From contig CBDCNM010000002.1 in assembly GCA_965219385.1 (NCBI GenBank), positions 406,639-470,638 of the forward strand: 64,000 bases of DNA. The letters are read 5' to 3'. The stretch comes from Candidatus Latescibacterota bacterium (GTDB taxonomy: Bacteria > Latescibacterota > UBA2968 > UBA8231). A program made the translations under genes and the position numbers. Shown in pieces: positions 21,741-33,110 of this stretch; positions within the stretch are counted from its first letter, which is position 1; each line of letters begins with the position of its first letter. The notes beneath the pieces are model-generated. The model had not been told where the DNA came from. It was given only the letters and a program-made list of their open reading frames with translations, and searched no databases.

Positions 21741-21797
21741 TCCGGAGTAAATAATTGAAATATTAAAAATTTAACACCGAGGAGAGGAGATGAATAC

Positions 21798-23630
<1,833 letters not shown>

Positions 23631-23646
23631 AACGTGGAATAAAACA

Positions 23647-24900
23647 ATGGAACTGCGCCTGATGGCCTACGAAGACGCCGGCTGGCAGCGCTTCCTGCCG
23701 CTGGTCTACACCCGAACGGTGTGCCAGCTGGTCTGCGGCATGGACGCGCTGCTGGACAAGATCCAGGGCCTGTCCGCCGCCGATCCGGAGATCTGGTGTC
23801 GGCCCCACCTGGCCACCCTCGTGGCCGAGGACACGGGCCGGCCGACCAACCAGGCCCTGGACCAGCCGGCCCTGCTGCTCAACGGCCGCGGCCTGTGGTC
23901 CGCCTTGCCCCCGGTCGAACCCGGCGCCCCATCCTGGGTCGGCACCAGCGGTCCCGGGGCGGAAATCGCCTGCATCTTCGCGGATGCATCCCTGGCTCCA
24001 CACCTCACCCCCGGCCTTTTGCTGGACCCGGCGCAGAGCCAGGCTGTCCTGGCCGCCCTGCCCCGCCGCGATGTGGGCGCCTGCGTCGCCCTCATGGACT
24101 GGCCCTGGGAGCTGGTCCACGCCAACCACCAGGCCCTGCTGGACGACTGGCAGGCCCGCTCCGGCCGGGCCGCCCTCCAGGGCGAGGTGGCCGCGGGCAG
24201 CCACCTCCTGGCACCCGAGTCCATCCACATCGGCCCGGGCGCCCGCATCAAGCCCGGCGTGGTCATCGACGCCGAGGACGGACCCGTGTGGGTCGGCCAG
24301 GGTGTGCGGATCCTGCCCCACACCTACATCCAGGGTCCGGCGTACATCGGCGACAACACCCTGGTGCAACCTGGAACTGTTTTGCGCCAGGACACCTGCA
24401 TCGGCCCGCGCTGCAAAATCGGCGGCGAAATCGAGGCCAGCATCATCCAGGGCTACTCCAACAAACAGCACGACGGCTTCCTGGGTCACAGCTACGTGGG
24501 CGCCTGGGTCAACATCGCGGCCGACTGCGTCAACAGCGACCTGAAGAACACCTACGGTTCTGTGCGCGTGCCCATCAACGGGGTCGAGGTGGACAGCGGC
24601 GAGACCTTTGTCGGCATGTTGATAGGCGACCACGGCAAAACCGGCATCAATGTAGCCTTTCCCACCGGGGCCGTGGTGGGTTTTTGTTGCAATGTCCTGG
24701 CACTCCGCAGTCCCAAATTTGCCCCCAGCTTCTCCTGGGTCGCCGACACCATCCAGCCCTACGATGTCGAGCGCGGCCTGAAGGTGGCCCGCCAGGTCAT
24801 GGCCCGCCGCGACCACCAGATGAGCCCGGCGGCCGAACAGGCTTTTCGGGACGCCGAACCCCATGCCCGCGCAATCGAGCACTGGTCGGAGGCGAATTAA
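23647..24900 (+). CDS. GlmU-like sugar nucleotidyltransferase/hexapeptide acyltransferase
   Basis: FLPLVYTR N-terminus, left-handed beta-helix repeats, SNKQHDGFLGHSY, SDLKNTY; directly after glmS. Confidence 0.8.
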   Translation: MELRLMAYEDAGWQRFLPLVYTRTVCQLVCGMDALLDKIQGLSAADPEIWCRPHLATLVAEDTGRPTNQALDQPALLLNGRGLWSALPPVEPGAPSWVGTSGPGAEIACIFADASLAPHLTPGLLLDPAQSQAVLAALPRRDVGACVALMDWPWELVHANHQALLDDWQARSGRAALQGEVAAGSHLLAPESIHIGPGARIKPGVVIDAEDGPVWVGQGVRILPHTYIQGPAYIGDNTLVQPGTVLRQDTCIGPRCKIGGEIEASIIQGYSNKQHDGFLGHSYVGAWVNIAADCVNSDLKNTYGSVRVPINGVEVDSGETFVGMLIGDHGKTGINVAFPTGAVVGFCCNVLALRSPKFAPSFSWVADTIQPYDVERGLKVARQVMARRDHQMSPAAEQAFRDAEPHARAIEHWSEAN

Positions 24901-24958
24901 TCAACCGCTGCGCTGTTGGTCCAGGATGTGGTCAAGACCTCTTTGTCCTGTAGATGCC

Positions 24959-24977
24959 ATCCCGTCTTTGACGGGAT
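24959..24977. terminator. Hairpin between convergent genes
   Basis: ATCCCGTC-TTT-GACGGGAT perfect 8-bp stem; no clear U tract. Confidence 0.4.
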
Positions 24978-24990
24978 TGTGCATCACTTG

Positions 24991-25374
24991 TCACTGAGAT
25001 GCCAGGAAACCTCCTATGATGGCCAGAATCGGTTTCAATTCTTTTTCAACCGGATCGGCAGCTACCCCAAAGTTTTCCAGAGCGGTCGCTCCAAGCAAGA
25101 AAAGAGACCTCTTGGGCGCAAAAATCACCGGACAGGGAATTGTGCCTTCCAAACCTTCGATTTGAAAGTCACAAAAACCGAGCAGCCTGGTATCTCGCCG
25201 GCCATCTGCAAGTATCAAGTTTCTTTTTACTGCCGGTTCCACACCTATTCTTTCGAGATAATCCTCGGGAACGAAGGAATAGAGTGCTCCCGTATCCACC
25301 CAGAATTCTTCTTCAAAGAATTGGTCGGGGTTTTTACTATTGGAAGCTGTCACCTTCTTTTTGAACATACCCAT
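24991..25374 (-). CDS. Small clan AA (retropepsin-like) aspartyl protease
   Basis: WVDTGALYSFVP, LADGR, LLGATALE; lower GC than neighbours. Confidence 0.75.
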   Translation of the reverse strand: MGMFKKKVTASNSKNPDQFFEEEFWVDTGALYSFVPEDYLERIGVEPAVKRNLILADGRRDTRLLGFCDFQIEGLEGTIPCPVIFAPKRSLFLLGATALENFGVAADPVEKELKPILAIIGGFLASQ

Positions 25375-26804
25375 ACTGTTTTCTCCGGTGCAATACTGAG
25401 CGCCCGCTGCCGGTAGAGGTGCTCGAACAAATTGCCCTCGTGCGGCTGGTCCCAGGAGACCTGGGTGGTGGGAATCGGACCCAGGTTCAACCGCTCCACA
25501 TCCGCCGAACCCAGCAACTCGCCGATAAACCCCTCGTCCTCGCTGATCGCCGTCACCACCAGGGTGGGACCGATGCGCTCCAGCAACTCCTGGCGGGGCA
25601 CCTGGACCACGCTGACGAAGGGGAAGAGGAATTCGGTGTTGGCCAGGGGGTGCTCGGGGTCCTCGCAAAACACCACGGTCGGAGATAGAAAGGTGCAGCC
25701 GTGGGCTTCGACCACCCTTGCGGTGTCGCGGTAGCGGGCGGTACAATCCTCGGCGCCGGGCACCTTGAGCTGCGCCTCCAGCATGGCCCCCAGCCGCATT
25801 GCCAGCCGCGGGTTGGAAAAGGCCGCCAGCTGCGCCTCGGGGTCGTCCAGGGCGCGGGGCCGGATCGAGGCCAGCCGCCGGGCCAGGGCCTCGGCGATCT
25901 GGCGGCCGTGCTCCGTCACCCAGATCCCGGAGGCATTGGTGCAGGAGCGGCCGCTGTTTTCCGCCACCGAGGAAACCATCACCCCTAGATGGCTTTCCCA
26001 GTCCTGGACCTGATCCGCCCCCATCACGACCTTGCTGCGCCCCGGGCCGTGGATCTGCACCCCGGGGTCGTCCTTCCAGGGCCCCACCGTGGCGGCCCCG
26101 CCAAACAGCAGGGAGCGCTCGCAGCGCAGCAGGATTTCAGCGGCGCCGTCATAACCCGCCGGGTAAAACCCGAAGGCCGCGGGCGGGCAGCCTGCCGCCG
26201 TGAAAGCCTGGGCGATGCGGTAAGGGGTCCAGGGCTCTTCGCTGCCGGGCTTGAGCGCCAGCGGGACCTTGAGCGGGATGGCCGGCAGCCACAGGGAGTG
26301 CACCCCCGGGGAGTTGTTGGGCAGCACCGCGCCCAGGGTCCGGCTCTGGCACACGTAGCTCAAGGGGCGGTTTTCCCGCACCCCCCAGCCCTGGTCCAGG
26401 ATGGACGGATCCAGCCCCCTCGTCAGCCCGCCCAGGACCGCTTCCATCTCGTCCAGGACCGCGCGGATCTTGTCCATGTTTTTGCGGCACAGAGACTGCG
26501 GCAGGCCCGTGGTGGCCGACAGCTGGCGGATGTAGTCCTCCGGCGACTGCATTTCCTCGTCCAGGGGCAACTCCCCTTCCGCGAACAGGCGGGCAGCCCG
26601 CTTGCAGAGCGCCAGCAGCTCGGCCCCGCCGAGCTCTTGCAGGGCGGCTTTGCCGGCCGCCTGTCCGTTCAGGTCCCGGGCGATCAACCCCCGGTTGGCC
26701 TGGCTGACCTGGGCTACTGGTTCGCCGGTGGCCACGTGGGACACCAGCGCCCGCTTCATACTCCTGTACGGCCGACCAGCCCTCAGTATGGGCAGATGGA
26801 CCAT
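25350..26804 (-). CDS. Aldehyde dehydrogenase/acyl-reductase family protein (GriD/EhpG-like)
   Basis: LPNNSPGVH, LKPGSEEP, HGPGRSKV, SGRSCTNAS (catalytic Cys), EFLFPF; start overlaps upstream TGA. Confidence 0.75.
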   Translation of the reverse strand: MVHLPILRAGRPYRSMKRALVSHVATGEPVAQVSQANRGLIARDLNGQAAGKAALQELGGAELLALCKRAARLFAEGELPLDEEMQSPEDYIRQLSATTGLPQSLCRKNMDKIRAVLDEMEAVLGGLTRGLDPSILDQGWGVRENRPLSYVCQSRTLGAVLPNNSPGVHSLWLPAIPLKVPLALKPGSEEPWTPYRIAQAFTAAGCPPAAFGFYPAGYDGAAEILLRCERSLLFGGAATVGPWKDDPGVQIHGPGRSKVVMGADQVQDWESHLGVMVSSVAENSGRSCTNASGIWVTEHGRQIAEALARRLASIRPRALDDPEAQLAAFSNPRLAMRLGAMLEAQLKVPGAEDCTARYRDTARVVEAHGCTFLSPTVVFCEDPEHPLANTEFLFPFVSVVQVPRQELLERIGPTLVVTAISEDEGFIGELLGSADVERLNLGPIPTTQVSWDQPHEGNLFEHLYRQRALSIAPEKTVWVCSKRR

Positions 26805-27883
26805 CAGTACACCCCCACGGTCACGGATTCCTGCAACTCGGTGAGCAGCCGCAGGTTGCGCACCCCGTCCCAGGGGTAGAGATCGATGGGCTCGGCGCGC
26901 TCGGCTTCGTCGCGCTCCAGGAACAGCGGCATGAAAAATTCTCTGGTCAGGGTCGTCAGCATGACCCGGCCGGTCTCGCCGTACCCGACCCGCTTTTCCG
27001 GCTGGTCGGGTACGACCAGCTCGATGACGGCGCGCGGGCACGGGGGATAATAGATGACCGCGTACTGATCGGCCGGATCAAAGGGTTTGAAACAGGCCAG
27101 CCCCATCAAGGTATTGCCGTAGGTGGGCACGAAATCGATCCCCGGCACCAGCTCTTCGCGGGCGAAGCGGTGAAACTGGGCGTCCATCTCGGTGCCGCCG
27201 CAAAAGATGCCCTTGATGCCCGCCCGGGGCAGGGAGATCTTTCCGCACAGGGCCTCCAGCAGTTTGGGGGTGGTGAAAACGCACTGGATGGCATCGTGCG
27301 CCTTCAGGATCTTGAGGGCCTGGTCGACGACGTGATTTTTGTAGGCTTCCAGGTCCCGGTGCTTGCCCTCCCGGATCAGGATGTTCACCCAGCGCGGGTC
27401 CAGATCCACCATGAAGCAGATCCCCCCTCGCAGCTGGGCCAGGTGCTCCACGGCCAGCCGCAACCGCCGCGGCCCGCTCGGCCCCAGCATCAGCCAGTCA
27501 GCACCGCGGGGAAAGCCCTCCTCGGACAGGGTCTGGCTGAAGAGTTCGTAGTCGATCTGAAAATCGCGGATATTGATGCGCGACTTGGGCACGCCGGTGG
27601 ACCCTCCGGTTTCGAACACGTAGACCGGCTCGCCCTCATAGGCCCGGGGCACCCAGCGCCTGACCGGCCCGCCGCGCAGCCACTCGTCCTGGAAGTGTCC
27701 CAGGATCTTTAAATCGCCGTACCCGCCGATTTCCCGGCGCGGGTCGAAATCCAGTTTACTGGCAAAGTCCAGCCAGAACGGGCAGCCGGTCCGGGGACTG
27801 AAGTGCCACTCGACCATTTCCCGCACGTGGTCATCGAGCTGGGTGCGCGCCGCGGCGACTTTTTGCGAGAGAGAGATTGCCAT
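26804..27883 (-). CDS. Atypical adenylate-forming enzyme (GriC/EhpF-like)
   Basis: WHFSPRTGCPFW, FETGGSTGVPK P-loop, YGNTLMG, GETGRVMLTTL, ERD. Confidence 0.65.
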   Translation of the reverse strand: MAISLSQKVAAARTQLDDHVREMVEWHFSPRTGCPFWLDFASKLDFDPRREIGGYGDLKILGHFQDEWLRGGPVRRWVPRAYEGEPVYVFETGGSTGVPKSRINIRDFQIDYELFSQTLSEEGFPRGADWLMLGPSGPRRLRLAVEHLAQLRGGICFMVDLDPRWVNILIREGKHRDLEAYKNHVVDQALKILKAHDAIQCVFTTPKLLEALCGKISLPRAGIKGIFCGGTEMDAQFHRFAREELVPGIDFVPTYGNTLMGLACFKPFDPADQYAVIYYPPCPRAVIELVVPDQPEKRVGYGETGRVMLTTLTREFFMPLFLERDEAERAEPIDLYPWDGVRNLRLLTELQESVTVGVY

Positions 27884-27886
27884 GGC

Positions 27887-29332
27887 CTACGGCGCCGCAA
27901 TCGCAAACAGCGCATTGCGACTGGCAATGTAGAGGACCCCATCCTTCGGAATCGGCGTGGTGTACACCGAACTCCCCATATTGACCTCGTAAATCAACTC
28001 CATCTCCTTGCCCGCCCGCAACACCGCCACATCCCCATCCTCATCGCCGATATAAACCTTGCCGTCCGCCACCATGGGCGAACCCCAGATTGCGGCAAAG
28101 GCGTCGTAGGTCCAGTACTTCTCGCCCGTGCCGGCATCCAGGCAGTACACAAACCCGCTCAGATCCGCGGTGTAGAGCAGACCGTCCTGGATGGCCACAG
28201 TGGACAGAGTACGGTGGTAGTCTTTGCCGCCCAGATACCAGACGGCACCGCTGCCGGTGATATCCCCTTGCCCGGTGGCGTCAATGGCCCACAAATGGCC
28301 GATCCCCTCCCCGTGTTCCGGGTCCTGGCCCACCCCCACGTAGACCTTGTCGTCGTACACCACCGGCGTCGAAATGATGGCGTTGCGCGTCCCTCGCCCG
28401 CCCAGCTCCCAGACCGAGTCCTTGGGGTTGCAGTCGAATTTCCATATCAACTCCCCGGTCTCGGGCTCAAAGCTGTAGACCCACCCGTCGCCGCCGGGAA
28501 AGATCACCTGGCCCTTGCCGCCGATCCTTCCATAAGCGGGATTGGACCACTGGCCGTGCAGGATGTGCTCGCCCGGCGAAGCGTCTTCCCAAACCAGCTC
28601 CCCGGTCTTTTTGTGCACCGCGATAAAGCTGGGCGCAAAGGGCGAGGGGATGTGGACGTGCCCCTCGTCGACGCCGTTGCTGGTTATCACAAAGAGCAGC
28701 TCCCCTGCCCCCACCGGAGAGCAGGTGGCCAGGTTGTGGGGGAACACGTCCAGTTCCTCTATCATGTCCAGCTTCCAGATCACGTCCCCGTCGATCGGAC
28801 TCGTCTCTTGCTCATCGGTAAAAGGGCCGTCGTTCTCGCCGTCCTGAAATCCCCTGGTGTCGAGGCAGACCACCTCCGCGCGGTTGGAAATGTAGTAGAG
28901 CCTTTCGCCTTCCACGTACGGGGTCGAACACACCCCCTGCTGAGGCCAATCATTGACCCGGCCGGCGGGGAGTTTGGTATGGGTGGACTGCCACAAAAAG
29001 GCGCCGTCCGCCGCGTTGAAGGCCATGACCACGCCGCGGTCCCCCTTGAGTTTTGGGTTGCGCAGGCCCTGGTTGTTGGTGCCCACAAAGACCTGTCCGC
29101 CCATGATTACGGGCCCGGCATAGGTCTGCGAGCCCAGGGCCGCCCGCCACTTGATGTTGAGCCCGGTTTGGGGATCCCATTGGTCTGGCAGGCCCTTTTC
29201 AGCGGAGGCCAGGTTGCGCCCGGGCGTAAAGCCCCACATGGCGGTTTCCTCGGCCCCGGCCCGGGGGGTACCTGCAAAGACCCCTGCCACGATCAGGCCT
29301 GCGATACCACTGAGCAGTCGTTTGTTTCTCAT
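27887..29332 (-). CDS. Secreted PQQ-like/BamB-like beta-propeller protein
   Basis: Signal peptide; repeated ..D/E..TG..W blade motifs. Confidence 0.85.
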   Translation of the reverse strand: MRNKRLLSGIAGLIVAGVFAGTPRAGAEETAMWGFTPGRNLASAEKGLPDQWDPQTGLNIKWRAALGSQTYAGPVIMGGQVFVGTNNQGLRNPKLKGDRGVVMAFNAADGAFLWQSTHTKLPAGRVNDWPQQGVCSTPYVEGERLYYISNRAEVVCLDTRGFQDGENDGPFTDEQETSPIDGDVIWKLDMIEELDVFPHNLATCSPVGAGELLFVITSNGVDEGHVHIPSPFAPSFIAVHKKTGELVWEDASPGEHILHGQWSNPAYGRIGGKGQVIFPGGDGWVYSFEPETGELIWKFDCNPKDSVWELGGRGTRNAIISTPVVYDDKVYVGVGQDPEHGEGIGHLWAIDATGQGDITGSGAVWYLGGKDYHRTLSTVAIQDGLLYTADLSGFVYCLDAGTGEKYWTYDAFAAIWGSPMVADGKVYIGDEDGDVAVLRAGKEMELIYEVNMGSSVYTTPIPKDGVLYIASRNALFAIAAP

Positions 29333-29711
29333 ATTCCTCTCTTACAAGGTTGAAGGTTGAATGGTAAAAGTTATTATCGAGTTCACCCGGCCGCAACAGA
29401 CCGATGCCAGCTACCCCATCGGCTGACCGCTCTGCGTTCGTTCCGGCGGCCCCCGACCACGGGGCACGGCCCGGATAGCGTTTTATCCCGCCCACCGACC
29501 GCCCACACCGGCACGCGAGCGGCCGGTTCTCGGGCGGTGGCCACCGGGTTAACGCTCGGGGCCATGGCTTCGCGGACAGCTAAAGCTACGAAGAGGGGCC
29601 CCTCAGCACAACAGGGTGATTTTGCGCCCCAGGGCCTGCTCTCCAACCACTGGCCGCGGTCGAATCATGGCGCCGGCGAGGGGAGACTGATTTGCCAGAT
29701 GCCGGTAGCTT

Positions 29712-29902
29712 GATTGCAGCACGAGGTAGCCCATGTAGTGAGCCGGTTCCGGGTCCTCACCGAACAGCGCGACGATGTCCTGCCACAGGTCGTCCCATTC
29801 GTTCGGGCCCCAGGAATAGTCGCGCTGGAACAGCGGGACGCGATAGCTCAGCCCATTACCCATCAACTGGCGAAACGTGCTGTTGGCGGTGCTGAAATTC
29901 AT
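29712..29902 (-). pseudogene. DUF262 (GmrS-like) N-terminal fragment, copy 2
   Basis: MNFSTANSTF..YRVPLFQRDYSW..HYMGYLVLQS, then breaks off. Confidence 0.8.
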
Positions 29903-30014
29903 ACTCGAATCACCATTATTGGCTCTATCTCGGTGACCCCTTCGAGGAGGAGGGCCGATGCTGCCCTCCGGTTGCTTCCGTCATTTGAGGCGTAGAGTCA
30001 TACAATCGCTGCCT

Positions 30015-30722
30015 CTATGCATCCATACGGGCGGGGAAGCGTTCAAGGAGTTCCAGCCAGCGTCGGAAGTGCGGGCATGCGGAGCGAATCGCGTTTAGAC
30101 CGATGTTCAGTGCGGCCAAGCTACCCATCGACGGCTTTTGATACCCGGGAACAAGCTCCGCGACACGCTTGGAAGGCGCAGTGTCCGGCGAGTCATCGAT
30201 TTCTTCCGGACTGGCGAATTGGTCTCGAATCTCCTGGAATCTCGGAGTCAGTTCGGGGCACCCGATTCCCTGAGCGAATCGGTCACAATCGCTGAAGAGC
30301 AGGCCTTCGAACTCGTGCATTGCCACATACGGTATGAATCGCCTCCGATCGAAGTCCGAGCCCATTTCCAAGGCGATGTCTTCCGAGAGCGCATCTTCGA
30401 CTGTCTTTGCTTTCTCCGACGAAGACCCGTGCCTGGAAGCTTGCAAGCGCTCAGGCCATGCCCTTGAACCAGTTGTCGGCATCGCGTAGTAGTCCACCAT
30501 TGTGGTGGCAAGGCACCCTCGATCTTCCTTCAGGTGATTTGCGATCTCTCTTCGCACCGTGCTCCACGCCCTGATTCCGCCACGACGGTCCCGTTGGCGA
30601 GCGTTTCCGACCAAACGTGCGCTGACTGCGGAAAACCCGAAACCATAGAGATGCGGCGCCAGCAGTTTATTGACGAATTGCTCTTCGGTCTGGCCCTCAA
30701 CATGAACAAGCAGCCGGGTCAC
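30015..30722 (-). CDS. DUF4276-family (TOPRIM-like) protein, partner of AAA ATPase
   Basis: VHVEGQTEE, TTMVDYY, HEFEGLLFSD, PEEIDD, CPHFRRWL; GTG overlaps ATPase stop. Confidence 0.8.
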   Translation of the reverse strand: MTRLLVHVEGQTEEQFVNKLLAPHLYGFGFSAVSARLVGNARQRDRRGGIRAWSTVRREIANHLKEDRGCLATTMVDYYAMPTTGSRAWPERLQASRHGSSSEKAKTVEDALSEDIALEMGSDFDRRRFIPYVAMHEFEGLLFSDCDRFAQGIGCPELTPRFQEIRDQFASPEEIDDSPDTAPSKRVAELVPGYQKPSMGSLAALNIGLNAIRSACPHFRRWLELLERFPARMDA

Positions 30723-31819
30723 GGTAAGGATTCGCGGCCTGTGTCCTCCGGGGAAGGACGCCCACCGATTTCGTTCTTTTCCCAAAGCTGACCCAGGCTG
30801 TAGTCTTCCAGCCAGGCCGCGAGGTTCTCGCCGTCCAGCCTGCGGAGGTTGGTCTCGCCGTTCACGCGGTCCGCGACGAGAACGTCTTTCGGCTCGAAAT
30901 GATCCAACAGCACCGGCGACTGCGTCGCGACGATGATCTGCGATTCCACCGACGCTTGCTTCAGCATGGAAGCCAGAAGTGTGATTGCGTAAGGATGCAG
31001 TCCAAGCTCCGGCTCATCCAGAAGAACAACCGACGGCCGCAGCGAAGCTGGCTGAAGCAGGAGAGTGGTCAAGGCAATGAACCTCAGTGTCCCGTCGGAC
31101 AGGGACGACGCATCGAAGTAGGCGTCCGATCCCGAGTGCCGCCACTCAAGACGGATCTTGTCTTCGTTCAGCGCCAGAGGTTCAAGGGCGAAGTCCTCAA
31201 AGAACGGCGCCACCAGTCGGATGGTGCGCAGGATCTGCGTGTAGGAGCCGCCGTGCTTTTCTCTAAGGAGAAACAGGAACGCTGCAAGGTTCGAGCCGTC
31301 GGGGCGCAGATAGCGATTGTCATTCACGTCGGCCGTCGTTTTCATCGGCGACGCGGAGCCGGTGTCGTGAAAATGGTAAAGCCGACAGCCCTCAATATGT
31401 CGGCGAACGTGCTCCGGAGGTAGAGGATAGTCGCCTGTCTCGGCCCGACCGTCTTGTTCTGTTTTGTCGTTTGCGAGTCCGGATGGGTGGTAACCCGAAG
31501 CAGTCACATAGAGTCCATCGGTATCGTCTCTACGCAATTCGATTGCATACCCGGCCCTGTTTTGGTCAAACGAAACTTGCATCTCCATTTTTGAGGTTAC
31601 TTTCGAGCCGAAATGCAGGATTCTATCGGCTCCGCCCGCTTGTCTGACATAGCGTTGCAACTCCCCCTGGCCGATGGTACGCAGAAACGAGAATGCATCG
31701 ATAAAGTTCGACTTTCCCGATCCGTTGGCACCGATCAGCACGTTGAGCGGACGCAGCTTCTGCATGATATGCGCAATGCTCTTGAAGCCTTCGATATAGA
31801 TCCCATCAAGTCTGGACAT
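30719..31819 (-). CDS. ABC-type AAA ATPase (AAA_21/AbiEii-like)
   Basis: IGANGSGKSN, LSDGTLR, LLDEPELGLHP, ATQSP. Confidence 0.88.
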   Translation of the reverse strand: MSRLDGIYIEGFKSIAHIMQKLRPLNVLIGANGSGKSNFIDAFSFLRTIGQGELQRYVRQAGGADRILHFGSKVTSKMEMQVSFDQNRAGYAIELRRDDTDGLYVTASGYHPSGLANDKTEQDGRAETGDYPLPPEHVRRHIEGCRLYHFHDTGSASPMKTTADVNDNRYLRPDGSNLAAFLFLLREKHGGSYTQILRTIRLVAPFFEDFALEPLALNEDKIRLEWRHSGSDAYFDASSLSDGTLRFIALTTLLLQPASLRPSVVLLDEPELGLHPYAITLLASMLKQASVESQIIVATQSPVLLDHFEPKDVLVADRVNGETNLRRLDGENLAAWLEDYSLGQLWEKNEIGGRPSPEDTGRESLP

Positions 31820-31830
31820 GGCTCGTTTCC

Positions 31831-32535
31831 CTATACCCGGAACACTTTCATCACCTCGTCCCCGAGGTGGTTAATCACCTTCACCGCAATCCGGCCTGAA
31901 GTCGGCTTGGCGAAAGGTCGGGAGGTGTCACTACGGAGGGTTTCCCAGGCTTCCTGATTGACCTCGGCTTTGAGGGGCGTCTTGAGGGCCTGGTACGGAT
32001 CGTTGGCGCCGTTGACCTTGACTTGGATTTGACTGTCTTCCGCGTCGAGGATGTCGATGTCTGGCTCGCCGAAGATGACGAAGAGGTTGCCTTTGCCGGT
32101 GTTCTTGAGGTCGTCGGCCATGTGGAGGTCGGCGTTCATGCGGGCCTTGAGGACCGGGACGCGGCCGAGTTTGTTGAACTCCGAGGCGTGGGCGTCGTGC
32201 TGCTCGGCGCGCCGGCGTTGCGGGTCATCCGGATCACCCGGAGGCGCCAGGTCCGTCAGGTGCGCCACCGCCGCCAGCATCAACAGGCTCAGCGTGGTCA
32301 TTCGCTGCTGCCCGTCGATGATGTCGAACGCCCTGTTGTCGGCCGATTGCAGCACGAGGTAGCCCATGTAGTGAGCCGGTTCCGGGTCCTCACCGAACAG
32401 CGCGACGATGTCCTGCCACAGATCGTCCCATTCGTCGAGACCCCAGGAATAGTCGCGCTGGAACAGCGGTACGCGATAGCTCAGCCCATTGCCCATCAAC
32501 TGGCGAAACGTGCTGTTGGTGGTGTTGAAATTCAT
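31831..32535 (-). pseudogene. In-frame chimera: DUF262 N-terminus fused to a copy of the MTase C-terminus
   Basis: IIDGQQRMTT then DAHASEFNKLG...KVFRV, matching 40970-41463 with a 126-bp internal deletion. Confidence 0.9.
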
Positions 32536-32650
32536 ACTCGAAACACCTTTATGACCTCGTCGCCGAGGTGGTTATGGTTTTGACGGCGATCCGCCGGAGG
32601 TCGGGTTGCCGAAAGGCCGGGAGGTGTCACTATGCAGCGTCTCCCAAGGC
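32532..32650 (-). repeat. MTase 3'-end remnant R3 (WETLHSDTSRPF...HLGDEVIKVFRV*, with indels)
   Basis: Homology to 40970-41090; its TGA overlaps the DUF262 ATG. Confidence 0.85.
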
Positions 32651-33110
32651 AAGCGCCAGATTCCTGGGGCGATTGCAGCGTGCCGTCTTGATGGTCAATT
32701 GGCGGCCGCGGAAGCGAACCTTGGCGCGATTGAGCGTCTTGCGTTGCTTCGGGTGAATGCTCCCACCATGGAACAGGACCGGGTGGCAAACGGCCTCGAA
32801 GGCTTTCGGTACAAAGCGATGGGCGAAATCCGCGCCACCTTGCAATTGTGCGCAAACTTCCGATGCGTCGACACCGCCGCCCTTGAGCTCCAGCGGAACC
32901 GCGAATAGAGTGTCTTTGCCGGGAATAGAAAAGAACATAGTCACATCGTTTACCTTCCATTCTGTGAGCTGGGAACGCCCGGTCGGCGTCCACGAGGATC
33001 CGGAGGGACGGGACGTCCTGCATGAATACCCGGCATCCGTTTCGTCTGCAAGAATCTTCGAGGTTCTCATCGCCCACTTGTGTCCGGATTTCGTCGAGAA
33101 CCTCATTCAT
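32630..33110 (-). pseudogene. Probable PD-(D/E)xK nuclease partner of AAA ATPase, frameshifted near 32930
   Basis: MNEVL start overlaps ATPase stop; KRCDYVLF in one frame, VPLELKGG..AQLQGG in the next. Confidence 0.55.

Larger units (their letters stand above)
29712..32552. repeat. 208-bp direct repeat pair (29712-29919 and 32345-32552): MTase stop + DUF262 start
   Basis: Hand alignment gave about 11 mismatches in 208 bp. Confidence 0.85.

Noticed and set aside
21630..21797. glmS ribozyme
   Set aside because: Short AT-rich leader with no recognisable ribozyme core
29333..29710. tRNA/att site at the island's left edge
   Set aside because: No cloverleaf and no repeat shared with the right edge found by eye
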